From the NCBI GenBank assembly GCA_963693365.1, contig CAVNZM010000002.1, forward strand, positions 3,488,259-3,552,258: DNA of 64,000 nt. The letters are read 5' to 3'. Both the position numbers and the translations under genes were made by a program. This document shows, one piece after another, positions 19,857 through 36,658 of the stretch. The notes beneath the pieces are model-generated. The model searched no databases. It was not told the DNA's origin and worked only from the letters and a program-made list of their open reading frames with translations. The DNA is from Amoebidium appalachense. Lineage: Eukaryota; Protista; Ichthyosporea. Every line of letters begins with the position of its first letter. The stretch's first letter is position 1.

Positions 19857-20859
19857 GGGCCTGTTTGGCAGCACCCCAATAATCGTATTCGTATTTAGGC
19901 CCTAAATACGATCTACCGTATTTACAAAATTTATCGTGGTATGCGTATTTAGGGCCTAAATACGGTTGGTGCCTTCCAAACGCTGTCAGGCGTGACTGGT
20001 CACATAAAATGTCGATACATGTTCACGAGATCTGATTGGCCCTATTCGCACCCATTGATCATCCTTCGGTATTCCATGCATATAGGCTGGTGCAGCTGTA
20101 GTCAGTATTACAGCGAACGGCAAAAACGAGTCACCGACAGTGAGCCTTGCTCTGTTTAACAATAGGTTAGAATGTCTGTTATTGAAGGGATACTGCCAGT
20201 AATTGCGGTGGCTAGCCTTGCTAGAGACCTCGTTTTACATCACCAACGTTCGTCCCTGGCATTCCCCACATATCTGAACACATAGTGAGAGTTAAAATTT
20301 GTCCTTGTCTATGCAGTACTCGTGGTGCCTGCATGTCACCGAGTTGTTTGTACATGTACATTTGATTGTTTTCCAGTATTGTTTCAATGATTATTATGGC
20401 ATATATATATATATATTCAGTCTGAGCTTGTGATCATGCACCGTGTAGGGTTCCTCGTCCTCTGTCTTACCTGTGCAGCCCAAATTCATGTGCCAATTTT
20501 AACTGAGCATGTACACAAAATGACGTGTATGACACCGACCTTTTTTGTGAATTGTTCACGTGCATGCGCCGGCATGCGTACTGTTGTAAAAATGTGCCCT
20601 CCGCGGCTTTCGCTGTACCATTGGCTAGCTGACCAATAAATGATGCGAAATGCTCTGATTGGCTAATTTCCTATATCGTATTTACGAAAATCACCTCCGG
20701 AGGTGATTTTCGTAAATACGATATAAAAGCGATCCCTATCGTATTTACAAAAAATAAACGCCCGCGGCGTGTTTGGCATGCCACGGGATCGTATACGTAT
20801 TTAGGCCCTGAATACGAATACGATAAAAAACCGTATTTAGCGCGCTACCAAACAGGCCC
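19857..20859. mobile_element. PIF/Harbinger (Tourist-like) MITE, ~1.0 kb, nested in the hAT-like element
   Basis: TIRs GGGCCTGTTTGGCAGC and GCTACCAAACAGGCCC. TAA target-site duplication at 19854-19856 and 20860-20862. Subterminal CGTATTTA repeats in both orientations; no transposase ORF. Confidence 0.85.
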
Positions 20860-20959
20860 TAATAAACCCCGCAAAGCGTGCGGGCCGGATGCTCTTCCTC
20901 CCGGTTCTTTCTCCCGTTCTTCCGCCCCGTAATCGTGCAGAGTCCCCCCCGCCCCCGCC

Positions 20960-21210
20960 TTTTGCTGTCCTTCTTAGTGAGTTTTTTCCGGCTTTTTTCG
21001 AACTCGGGTTTATTCCAAATTCGTGGCTTGACACAATCGTTACGCCCGTTCGTAAGAAGGTATCGCAGGGGGTCATGCATTAAAGACTTTCGTCCCGTCA
21101 CACTTACCAACGTTTTTCGTCGGCTCTTCGAGGGTTGCATGCTTCGCGCGTCTAACACCGACGATTCTTTAAACGCCGTGTTCCGTCTTTCTTCCCTTCA
21201 AAGGGGGCTT
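20960..21210 (+). pseudogene. Frameshifted fragment of a non-LTR (LINE) reverse transcriptase N-terminus
   Basis: FFELGFIPNSWLDTIVTPVRKK in one frame continues as IKDFRPVTLTNVFRRLFE...LSSLQRG in another. This matches the LINE RT pattern G.IP..W....I..I.K ... D(F/Y)RPI.L....K..E ... Q.G. Confidence 0.75.
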
Positions 21211-22070
21211 TCGTCATGTCGTCACATTGAGTATTTATATGATTGCAAAAGAAAAAAAATAAACTGGCTTTTTTTGCAAGGGCCTACTGTCAACTGACTA
21301 ATTGACCTTCTATGTTCGAGGAAAACTTCTTTCGAGGGATTTTATTTGTGGAATCCACTGAACCTAAACCAATTACGCGACTGATTTTTCTAGATATCAG
21401 CCAGGCACACAAGTAATATTTCGTTTGTTTTATCGGGCTATACATAATCTATCTCTATCAGAGCTACAACACGAACTGTTAAATCGCTGAGCTATGTCCC
21501 TTCTGAGGCCAGTTCTGCGGCCTACGGCCTCCATGATCATCATCATAATATAGCCAAACATATCACTGTACTAATACATTTTGGATATTCCAATCACGCA
21601 AAATAAAATGTGCGGTATAGGGGGTATGTAGGAGCCAAAGTACACGTAGTTGTATGCACGTTGGAAACTGGTACATTTTGTGCTCACATAGACTCACATA
21701 ACAACGTTCAAGGCAGTAAATTTCTTTCTGGGTCTATCGCAAAATCAAGACAAGTGAGCCAGATTTAGCGTTAGGATCTTATTTAGAGAGCTTACTAATG
21801 TTTCTTGGGCTCACTCATTTTCCAGCACATAATGAGGTCGGGGTCTGACCCGAAAGATTAGTTAGTCCTGCGGCTGAAAGAAACGTTCAAGCATAGCAAG
21901 CTGAACATAGTTTACACGCACTCTTAGACAAGCTTTATCTCTGCCTTTTGCCATATAAAACTAAATAACGTATTTTATTAAGGCGGAAATAGCTCGCTTC
22001 TTTGGCTAGCACCACCATCCTTAGATCTGTTGTGGCACGGCCGCGGCCTAACCGTGAACTCTGAGAAAGA

Positions 22071-22919
22071 ATGGCTTCAACAACCCATAAACCTTCACTC
22101 ATCAGCATTGTGTCAAGTCGTAATGTTGCGTCTGAAGTTATACGTTTTCATCGTAGCACTTCAAGAGATGAAACAGAAAAGGACAAGCTCCCAACAAGCC
22201 CAATTAGGGTAACGGCACCATTCAATCCTTGGATTCCAAGCACGAATCCAACCGACGAAAACCAAGACTCTTTTACCTCGTCAAACAACATCGTTTCACA
22301 TACGCGCATTTCAACGAGCGCTTCCGCCGGCACTTGTGTTTCCCAACCACCTCTTTCGCCACGCATTTCACGCTCTCTTCCTACGAGCCCTCTTGGCGCA
22401 AGCTCATTGTTTTCGCGCAAGCAAAAATCTGCGCTTCGGACACCAGAAACTTTAAGACCAAGACGCTGCACGAGTGAACGGGTATCTTTTGCTCCTGAAG
22501 TTGATGTATGGGAGACATACGAAAAATACACTGGCTATTTCAGTGCATACGACAGAACATCGGGAAAGAGGAAGTATACCTTCACAGAGGCAGAGAGGTT
22601 ATCGATCGATGATGAGCTGGAGGTTGTTAAGAAGGAGCTTTTCCCCTCCGGGAGGGTGTTCGGTGACCGTGTGGTAGCAAGCTTTTTCCAGCTCTCTGTC
22701 GTTGTCTGCTTCCTGGCACGGCTAAGGAGACTTTCAAGGAGCAGGAGAAACGGAAATGTGAAACCGGAAAACGGGAATGATTCTTGCCTGAAAGTGAATG
22801 AAATGGCGGGTGTGATTGCTGCGGCGGTCGAGCTTGGATATCCAACTTTGTGCGAATATACCGCCATGTGTGGGGGAATGGTTGTTGAAACACGCTCTAA
22901 ACGCCTATTGACTGCATAG
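22071..22919 (+). CDS. Single-exon Ser/Thr-rich protein with a Bni4/Phactr/neurabin-like PP1-binding segment
   Basis: 282-aa ORF in non-repetitive sequence. Contains KSALR...RVSFAPEVDVWETY...AYDR...TEAERLSIDDELEVVKKEL, i.e. RVxF, YDR and a following helix. Confidence 0.6.
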   Translation: MASTTHKPSLISIVSSRNVASEVIRFHRSTSRDETEKDKLPTSPIRVTAPFNPWIPSTNPTDENQDSFTSSNNIVSHTRISTSASAGTCVSQPPLSPRISRSLPTSPLGASSLFSRKQKSALRTPETLRPRRCTSERVSFAPEVDVWETYEKYTGYFSAYDRTSGKRKYTFTEAERLSIDDELEVVKKELFPSGRVFGDRVVASFFQLSVVVCFLARLRRLSRSRRNGNVKPENGNDSCLKVNEMAGVIAAAVELGYPTLCEYTAMCGGMVVETRSKRLLTA

Positions 22920-23413
22920 AGTCGAGGGGACAACTCGTATTGTGCTTGCTGTGTGACGTGCAATTGCTGAATAGCACACTGATTTACTCTAGGGTGATGC
23001 TTGAAGATTCAGTTTTCTTTCAAAAAGTTCAACAAAGGCTTGTCTTTAGCTTTATTAATCCGCAACATCGCAGGATTTGACTTGGGATATGATTCAGTAT
23101 ATCGAACTCTTTTTTGGTTTGTTTTTTCAAGGCAGCTGTGTGTAAAAGAAATACAGAAATGGCATGAATGGGAGTGTTTGCATTAAGATGTGAAGAAACC
23201 GGAGGGGCTTGGAAGAATGGGAAGACTAGTTCGGAAGACTAGTGTTTTCTGGTCTTTACAAAACTGATGTAATGATTGATGAGTTGAGAAATGTGAATCC
23301 AGAATGAGAGACTTGTCTGCTCATGATTATGAACTGGTGGGGTGGAACCGAAACCGTTGGCACTTTTAGAAGCGTCTTAATACGGTTTTAAGTTAAATTC
23401 TTTGCTGATGTCT

Positions 23414-23447
<34 letters not shown>

Positions 23448-23940
23448 CTCTCTCTCCCCTCCCTTCCCACCCCACCACCTTATCTTCACCGAAGCTCTCC
23501 ACCACCTCCGAAACCGACCTGTGCATGTGCTGTGAACGTTCCCCTACCACAACTGCCACCAGATGAACACACCACCACCCCCGCATGCATCATGCATGCA
23601 CACACAGTCTCCGTCATACGGATTTTAATGTCTGTCTCCTCCACCCCATATATAAATGCACACACTACACAGCACCACTGTAGCACCACAATGGCAACCA
23701 CCATCACCACCTCTGTATCACAACATATGCATTCAAGATCACAGCACAGCCAAAATTACGACCAGCCCTCGTTAATTACATGCATGCACAGGCATGTACA
23801 CACACCAGAACAAAAACCCTAAATTCTGTACAGAAGTGAACACTCCGAGCCTGCATGTAATCAGAACAGAGATTACAGAACAGAGAGTGCAAATGTAATA
23901 CGTCCAGAAGGTAAAATAAAGGTGGTGGTGGTGGTGGTGG

Positions 23941-23983
<43 letters not shown>

Positions 23984-24120
23984 TTGCATCTGCCATGTGG
24001 CATGTATGGTCACGGTCACGAAAAGCGTGTTTTGATGCAACACAGCTTGTGTTACGTAATTATAGAATTTGGTTTTTTTTAGAGCCTTTCGGCTGCCCGT
24101 CCCGACTCCCGAGACTAACT

Positions 24121-24260
24121 AGGGAATCTTTATTGTTTATTTTCATATTCAATATTGGCATCAAAAAAATGTAATGTAAGTATATATATTTACCAGGGAA
24201 TCTCTATTGTTTATTTTCATATTCTATATTGGCATCAAAAAAATGTAAGTATATATTTAT
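24121..24260. repeat. Tandem duplication of a ~70-bp AT-rich unit downstream of Bax inhibitor-1
   Basis: AGGGAATCT.TATTGTTTATTTTCATATTC.ATATTGGCATCAAAAAAATGTAA at 24121 and 24195. Confidence 0.85.
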
Positions 24261-24381
24261 CCGTTTACGATTCACGGTTTCGTATCACATTACCATCATA
24301 CCGTCCCTTGGCAAGCTCATGATTGTTCCATCCCCCCCCCCCCCCCCCCCCCCCCCCCCACCACCACCACCACCACCACCA

Positions 24382-24417
<36 letters not shown>

Positions 24418-24608
24418 CAAAGAACAAAAACAAAAAAAACAAAAACAAAATTCAATTGCAGGAGGGGCACTTGATCAGTCAGTCGCTCCTGCAAGGACGG
24501 TGTCGAAATACGTGTACGAGCTATCTCCCAAGGTACCATGCTGTTATGATAAGATCTATCACATCCACTAATACAAGTAAATAGCTTAAAACAATATATT
24601 CTCAGGGA

Positions 24609-24781
24609 TTACAACTCGGAGCGGTCACGCTTGCGTCTCTCCTCCTTCTTGCCGGCGTTGCGTGCCAGAATGATGAGAATGCGCACAAAAATTCCCACAA
24701 AGTCTGTCAGCAGCTGCGGGGGGAAAGCACGTGTAAGAATCCGTCAACCTATTTACGTTCTCTTTCAATATAATGCCCCCC

Positions 24782-24818
<37 letters not shown>

Positions 24819-25982
24819 TGGGTGCTTCTCTTGCTATTACAGGCATGTGATACGTTTGAGAAGGCCACAACGAGAACCGGTGATATCCTGGGATCACGCA
24901 CGCACGCACGCACGCACCGCACACACACACACACGCACGCACACACGGCCAGACACAGACACAGACGCGATGGGACGGGGGGCGGGAGGGGGGACGGCGG
25001 TGCCCCCCCCCCCCCCCCTTTTTTTTTTTTGGGTTAGTTGTGGTGGTGGTGCCAGGGGAGGGGGGCAGGAGAGGGGGGGGGGGGGGAAGCTACCTGCACA
25101 CTGTCACCAATGAAATCTGGGTTGGGACCTTTTGCCTTTTCAAGAATCAGCTGTGTGTCGTACATGACATAGCCACAGAACACAAGCAGGCCCATGTAGA
25201 GGTTGGCTAGGAGGAGGGCCTCAACACGGAAGAACATGTTGACCACACTGAACATAAACATAATGGAGAGCGCAGAGGATAGGAACCCTGCATTTATGCA
25301 CTTTATTAGTTCTTAGACTATAACTAAGAAACTGTTAAGAAAATAAATAATAAACACGAGCTTTGCTGATTTTCAACCTAACTTCAAAAACTTGATTGCT
25401 TCTACAAATGTTGCCCACGCTGAACGTGAACATCATGGGCAGGGCAGATGAGAGAAATCGTGTGTGATGAAGCTTGGAATTAGAAATGTGCAACGTACAA
25501 CAGGATTCTAAAGCCTTTTGAGGGTGGTGGTGGTGCAGGTGGTGGTGGTGTTTGGGGAGGGGGGGGGGAGGGGGGGGGGGGGGGGGGGGGGGGCACGTCC
25601 GGAGAAGCAGGTCTCCTTTTCGTTCTTCTTTGCCTTCCTGAAGAAAATAATTTATCCCCCCCCCCCCCCCAAAAAAAAAAAAAAAAAAAAAAAAAACCCT
25701 TTCGAGCGTGCACGCACGTGTGTGTGATTGAGTGTAAGTGTGAGTGTGAGTGTGGCGGTGGTATACTGTTTTCATTTTGCACGCACCACCCAGGTAGAGA
25801 TAGCTGCGCTGGGTGGCAAACATTGCGCTGAGAGAGAAGGAGCCAAAGATCACACACGTGCCCAAGAATGCCGTGGTGATGATGCTGCGGCAGGAAAATA
25901 TATAAGCACTATGAACCCCCCCTGCCCCCCCCCCCCTTCCTCCTCCCCGCCCCCGTCTTCCCTCGTTCCCACCCCACCTCCC

Positions 25983-26013
<31 letters not shown>

Positions 26014-26365
26014 CCCTCCCTGGCTCTGGTCTCCCTTCAAACATAGATCACGATACTACCCCCCCCCCCCCCCCCCCCCCCCACAAAAAAAAAAAAAAAA
26101 AAAAAAACACCTACACACACATTCACATAGGCAAGCAGGCAGGCACGTGCGCGCGGACACACCACACATATTCACACCCACACCCACATGGACACACACA
26201 ACACACACTATCTCAACACTTATAAACATTACACACATCATACCTACACCCGACATGAAAGAGTACCTTTCCCCTATCTTATTATGTACTGGGTTTGGCA
26301 CAAAACAAACAACGACAGCTAGATGTGTCCATTACGAAAGTCCATCTCGTGACTCGTGTTGCCCC

Positions 26366-26396
<31 letters not shown>

Positions 26397-26425
26397 AAAC
26401 AAAAAGCCCAACCCCCCCGGCCCAT

Positions 26426-26469
<44 letters not shown>

Positions 26470-27201
26470 GGGATCAATCATTGCCACGTTGTCCAGCAGT
26501 GGGCCAAGGGACATGCCTGTGCATGCCGCATGCCCCAGCAGAAAAACCCCCCTCTTGACGTCATTTTCACGAATGGCCGGTGAGCTGCTGAGACCCACCA
26601 GGCAGAAAACGCTGCCGAGCATGGTCATAAACCCCCCCTGCATATATATCAATTGTCAATACACTGAACTAATAAACGGTGGCTATTTTCGAAAATTACT
26701 CTTGTGCAACCACGTGGGGGCCAAGGCCTGTTATGCGAGTTTTGGTAAGGGCAAACTCAGTGCTACCATTTTTAGGTCGCCGTAACGTGTGCATACATAC
26801 TATAACGAGCACTTTACGGCATTGTCAAATATACACAATCGCTGATAATAGCACCGTGATGATTTATAAGACCACAAAAGAAGACTGGGTTGTAAAAGTC
26901 TGCTACCCTTACCCTTTATGATATTAACCTAGTTATTTCTGTGGAGAAACTACATAGCACAAGAAGTTAACTTTGTCAGTGACTCTCAGAAGGGGGGGGG
27001 GGGGGGGGGGGGGGGAGGGGGGGGGGGGAGCAGTGCTCTGACTTTTTTTTATTTTTATTTTATTTTATTTTATGTTTTTTTTTTTTTTTTTTTTTGGGGG
27101 GGGGGGGGGGGTAAACTTCCGTATTGAAAAAGTAAGGAAGGGTAGGTTGTCATGATGCATTGGAAAGGTAAAGAGCGGCGGCCCCGCGGCAGGGGAGGGG
27201 G

Positions 27202-27238
<37 letters not shown>

Positions 27239-27351
27239 GGGGAGGGGCACACGGACACAGCCAGAGCAATACGTGGAGAGGGGGAGAACAAGGTGGCAGT
27301 AGGATGAGGTAGGGGTCAGGTGTGTGTGTGTGTGTGTGTTCGGGGGGACGG

Positions 27352-27407
<56 letters not shown>

Positions 27408-27771
27408 ACTCACCAGGTTAAACTGGACGGAGAGGGCGGCGCCGAGAAAGGCGGCCATACCGGCCATGGCCAGACAGGCATACACGTACTTGAGGTGCGC
27501 CTTCTGCTGCTTGTCCCTGCGCACAGAGATGAGTTGAGGAATAACAGCACCAACAATAAAAGTGAGCCCACCAATAACACCAACAACAACACCACCACCA
27601 ACAACAATAACATTACCAACAACACTACTACTACTACAGCAACCAGTTCTTTCCCTTTCAACACCAACAACAGCGACCAGCTCCTTCCTTACAGGGTGCC
27701 TGCAATACTGTAGGTGACTTTGCCCGTTGATTGGAACCTTAAAAGTCACGGTGACCGTAAGCAAAAGATCC

Positions 27772-27826
<55 letters not shown>

Positions 27827-28712
27827 ACTACCGCCACCACCAACAACTACACACAAGAGCACACACACCCCACAAACCCACCCACCCAACCACACAGACA
27901 CACCCGCAAAACAAAAGGGGTGCTATGTTTGAGTTTCATTTCAAGCCGTTCACAATCCTGCACACCTATTAACGCGTTTGCGGACAACTGGCACTAGATG
28001 GCGACACCATCAGGAACGCAATACCTATGAGGCCAAAAGAAAAATGTGTAAGAAAAACCCTGGGGCACATGATAGAAGAGAGTCACTCATTGGGAACGTT
28101 CCGGTTAGAGTGTGCATGCATGAGTGTGTCCTTGTTCGTGTATTATTTCTTCTTCTTTGTTCTTGGCTTGTGTGCATGCGAGTGCACTTGTCTGTTTACC
28201 ACTTGCCTACTGTATGTATGAGCATGTGCACGCAGGTTGTGCATGACTGCATGTGCATGACTGCATCTGCTATGGCATTCCGAGCAATAATTTTTGAATC
28301 AACGCCCTTTTGTGAAAAAGCAAGAGTGCGTGTGAATGTGCACGCATGTGCAGTTTCCCGTTCATAAGTGCACACATTCTATACAGGTGGGTGCCGATCT
28401 GTTTTCACGTAGCACGCGAACACCATCAGCAAAACAGCCACTAATCCACTTCTACGCAACCTCCAACAGGAACCCCACCTACGCACGCAAGCACGCACGC
28501 ATGTCCACACACACAAGCACGAAGACCACACACGCACACACACGCACTCACGCATGCACACACACATATAAACGCACATATACACACACGTACAATGGGT
28601 TCATGTTCTTGACTGCATCCCAGCTGAACTCAGGTCCAGACGCCTGCGAAGCACCGAAACTGGGGCCGGGAGCGGGCCGGCCATAACTGTGACCACCGTA
28701 TCCGTAGCTCAT
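24609..28712 (-). CDS. TMBIM6: Bax inhibitor-1 (TMBIM6 family); exons 28712-28594, 27516-27414, 26637-26468, 25884-25787, 25287-25094, 24713-24609
   Basis: Motifs AHLKYVYACL, GMSLGPLL, IDPSIITTAFLGTCVIFGSFSLSAMFATQRSYLYLGG, GYVMYDTQLILEKA, DFVGIFVRILIIL and a basic tail. All five junctions are GT-AG and in phase. Confidence 0.93.
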
Positions 28713-29184
28713 CCTCGCTGTTTACACACACCAATGTTGGGTTGGAAAGGGTAATGTAACAACAATGAAACTGAAACTGATTTCGCCACTACACTGTACT
28801 GTACTGTTTGTTTGCTCGATGCGGACGTCTGATGAAAAAACCAAACCAAACCTTTGAAGTCGAACTGAAAACTTAGCAGTGACTAATCATTACGTCAGCG
28901 TTTCAGCCAATGGGAAAATACTTTCGTGCTCTAAAATTAGCTATTTATGACGACATGAGCCACCGCCCGCCGGCTGACCATGGCCCTCTGAAAAAAGGCT
29001 GACTCTCTCTGTGAAACAGAAAGGAAGCGTGGGGTCAGGCGCGGGGTTAACGATTTTGTGTTGTTTAACAATCGATATATATGAAGTTGTGTTTAGGTGC
29101 CTAATAGTTCATCAGTAATTTCACCTAGAAAAGGTGTAGAGCTAGAGTGGGCGTGAGGTTTTTGTGCGTTTGTTGAAGGTAAAC
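28713..29184. promoter_or_regulatory. Putative bidirectional promoter between Bax inhibitor-1 and INO80C
   Basis: The two start codons are divergent and 472 bp apart. The interval is repeat-free and contains TTACGTCA and CCAAT near 28890-28911. Confidence 0.5.
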
Positions 29185-33512
<4,328 letters not shown>

Positions 33513-33700
33513 CCAATGGCCATGTCTCGTTAGTTTTTAAAGCTTGCAATTGGTTGTTGTGTTATATCTCTCTCTCTCTCTCTCCCCCCCCCCCCCCCCC
33601 CTCTCTCTCCATCCTCCCCCCCCCCCCCCCCCCCCTTCCCCCTCTTTCTCTCTCCCTGTTTCTCCTGTCTCTCTCTACCCCCGTCCCCCCCCCTCCCCCC

Positions 33701-33731
<31 letters not shown>

Positions 33732-33996
33732 ACACCATAACCAACCCCACCATTGCCACCACCCACTCCCTCCCCCCTCTTCTTGGCCCTGTCCCCTGCT
33801 CTTCGATATCTCTACACCACTGCCCCTCCCCCACCCCTCCCACCTCCAAACCACCCTCGATCCGTGGTTGCACCTCTGCCCCCCTCCCCCCTCCCCCCCC
33901 CTCCCCCCCCTCCCCCCTCCCCCCCTCTGTCTCTCTCCACCTCCCCTCTGTCTCTCTTTCTCCCTCCCCCCCCCCACACCCACCCACCCACACACG

Positions 33997-34068
<72 letters not shown>

Positions 34069-36016
34069 ACCACCACCACCACCACCACCACCACCACCAC
34101 CACCACCACCACCACCCTTGGCTTCTCAATACGCCTCTCTTCCTGTTTTCGAAGTTTGCTCGCTGGGGAGGGGGCTCTTGTCAGTTGTCAAAGTCAAATG
34201 AATGAATGTGTATAGGTAAGGTGTTAGTTGTTGCTGAAAGTGTTTTTGTGGCCTGCCGGTAGAACCAGAGTGCTGCATATCATGTTTGATGTAGTGATTG
34301 CAAAAAAAAAAAAAAAAAAAAAAGTTTAACTACTGCGAATGGAGATTGATTAAAAAGAGAGGAAGAACATCAACTTGTGTGTTTGTTGCTCTGTTTCTCT
34401 GTGCCTTTTAGCCAACTTGAAATGACCATCAATAGTGAAGTATTATTGCAAAACGCAACTGCAAGCTGCCTGTTGTGAGCAATTGGGGGTAATATATTAA
34501 TGTCGAAGTAACATACAAAAAATTTGTACTTGTTGGACATACATACTAATAAAATCTACTAATACATACTGTACTGTTCGAAAGTATTTCTTCTGAGCTC
34601 GAGAATACTGCTCAGCACATATATTCCCCTTGACACCACCAGGGGCACCCCACTCCCTCACCAGCGGTACTTGTACACTAATGCATTATTACAACCACTA
34701 CTCGTGACACGGTTACACATGTTTCTCCCACACGACCGTCGTGCACAGCACGCAAAAAAAAACATCAAAAAAAATGTAATTGAACCTGTACATGTTGCAC
34801 GACAATAACAAAAGTCTTCTGCGACGGAAAGAAAAAGGGGGGTGCACGGGTAGGGGTAGGGTGGGGTACGTGTATGTAGTGCAGGTGTGTGTGCCACGGT
34901 GTACATGTGTGTGTCTGAACGGTTGGGTGCAGTGGTGGCGGTGGTTGAGGGGTGAGGGGTGGGCCCCCGGGCTAACACGTACTGACGTGTTGCCGCACGT
35001 GCGACGTTATACATCTACATGTGTTCCCTTTTTGGAAAAAGAAAAAAAAAAAAAAAAAAAAAGGAAAAAGGAGACATCGCCTCTGTAGGTGGCAGGCCCC
35101 CGGGGGGTGGGGGGTGGGCCGGGGGTGGGGGGGACACGTACGGATCAGAGGCTGGGACCCAAGACCCTCGCCACATGATATTGTATGCGCGCCTGTTGAT
35201 TCGTCGACTTCGAACTTTTGTAATTTAGGTATAGTTATGATAATTACCGGCCAAGCGTCTTACAAGTGGCCGCCACGAGGTTTAGACTGTTCTAAACATC
35301 ATTTTACATAATGTATCTAGACTATGTGATTTTATTTATTGTTTGCTTTTTTCTTTTTTCTTTCTTTTTCTCAATGAAACTGGGAAGACAGTTGCCAAAG
35401 AAGTAAGCGATTCTCTTTGCCGAGTCTCTCGGGAAGCCTACTCAAACTTTATTCTGAGCCTTTGCCCTCCTCTGGTAACCCAATCAAATCATTCCGGCTT
35501 ACAAGTCCCTGGAATATTGATGGGGGTAAAAGAACGGCAAGCTCCTGATCAGGTATCGGAAATGGCTTTGTAGTGCTTTCAGTAAAAACTAACAAGAATA
35601 TCTGTTGTAGTACGAGCGCATAACACGAAAAATTGGGTAAATTTGATTCTCTCATAATAATTTATTTTCTAGCAATGTTGTATGTACCAAGCTACTTTTT
35701 CCTTTGACATGACACTGAAATCCCTCCTCATGCAAAGATGTACATAGTTGAACAAGAGCAATTTTGCCCACCTTTGCTTACTTGCCTTTTTAGTCGCGTT
35801 GAACTACTATAAATTCCGACTGTTCTTTTTTTTTCATTTCACGTTTTCGAGAGGCTCGACGGTTCAGCAAGTGCGGTCTCCTCACTCGCTCACTCTTCCT
35901 TGGCGGTTTTTGAGGGCTCCAGCTTTCATTAGGCCTATGCATTAAGGAGACTTAGGTTGAAGTAACGCGCGCTTTAACCGGCTTGGCGACCACAAGCAGG
36001 CCTGTAGTTGACCAGT

Positions 36017-36602
36017 ATGTTTTATGTTATTGTGGGCTTCACCATCTTGATTGTTGCCGTCACCGTGCTATACCAATCCAACATGGGTGCCGCAAACTCT
36101 ACTGAAAAGCCCGAGGGTGTTGCCGGACAGGCCTCTACCTCAGCTGCCCCTGCGCCTGTTTCTGCCGCTGCACCAACCACAGCTCTTGCGGCTGCAGCGC
36201 TCACCGGCGCAACGGCAGCCAGTGGGCAAGAATCGGCTGAGTGGCTCAACACGATGCTGAAGCAGCTGTGGCCTTACATTGATGGAATGGTGCAGGGCAT
36301 TATAAAGAACTCGGTAGGTCGTGTGGGGCAGTTGCGTGGGATGGATGGTGGCTGTTTGTCAATGAAAAGGAACAGGGCATGGTGAAGATCTCGGTTGGTG
36401 GTGCTCCATGATTGGGTGGGGATGTGTGGCTTGAGGCTTCTTGCATGTGTAGCATGACCTAACAGGAATGGTTGTGAAGTTGCTTATGCGTGCACGTGGT
36501 GGGTCGATTCATATCCTTGAAGTTGAAATTCGACGGTACACCTTGAATGGGGTTTCCGGTTGACTAGAATGCCTAACTTTGTGTTTCTCATCTTTCACGA
36601 TG

Positions 36603-36658
<56 letters not shown>

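Larger units (their letters stand above)
19814..21286. mobile_element. Non-autonomous DNA transposon, hAT-like, with 8-bp TSD
   Basis: TIRs TAGGCCCCTGCAAAAAAA (from 19814) and TTTTTTTGCAAGGGCCTA (to 21286), one mismatch. Flanked by direct repeat CTGTCAAC at 19806-19813 and 21287-21294; a 10-bp ACTGTCAACT reading is also possible. Confidence 0.75.
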
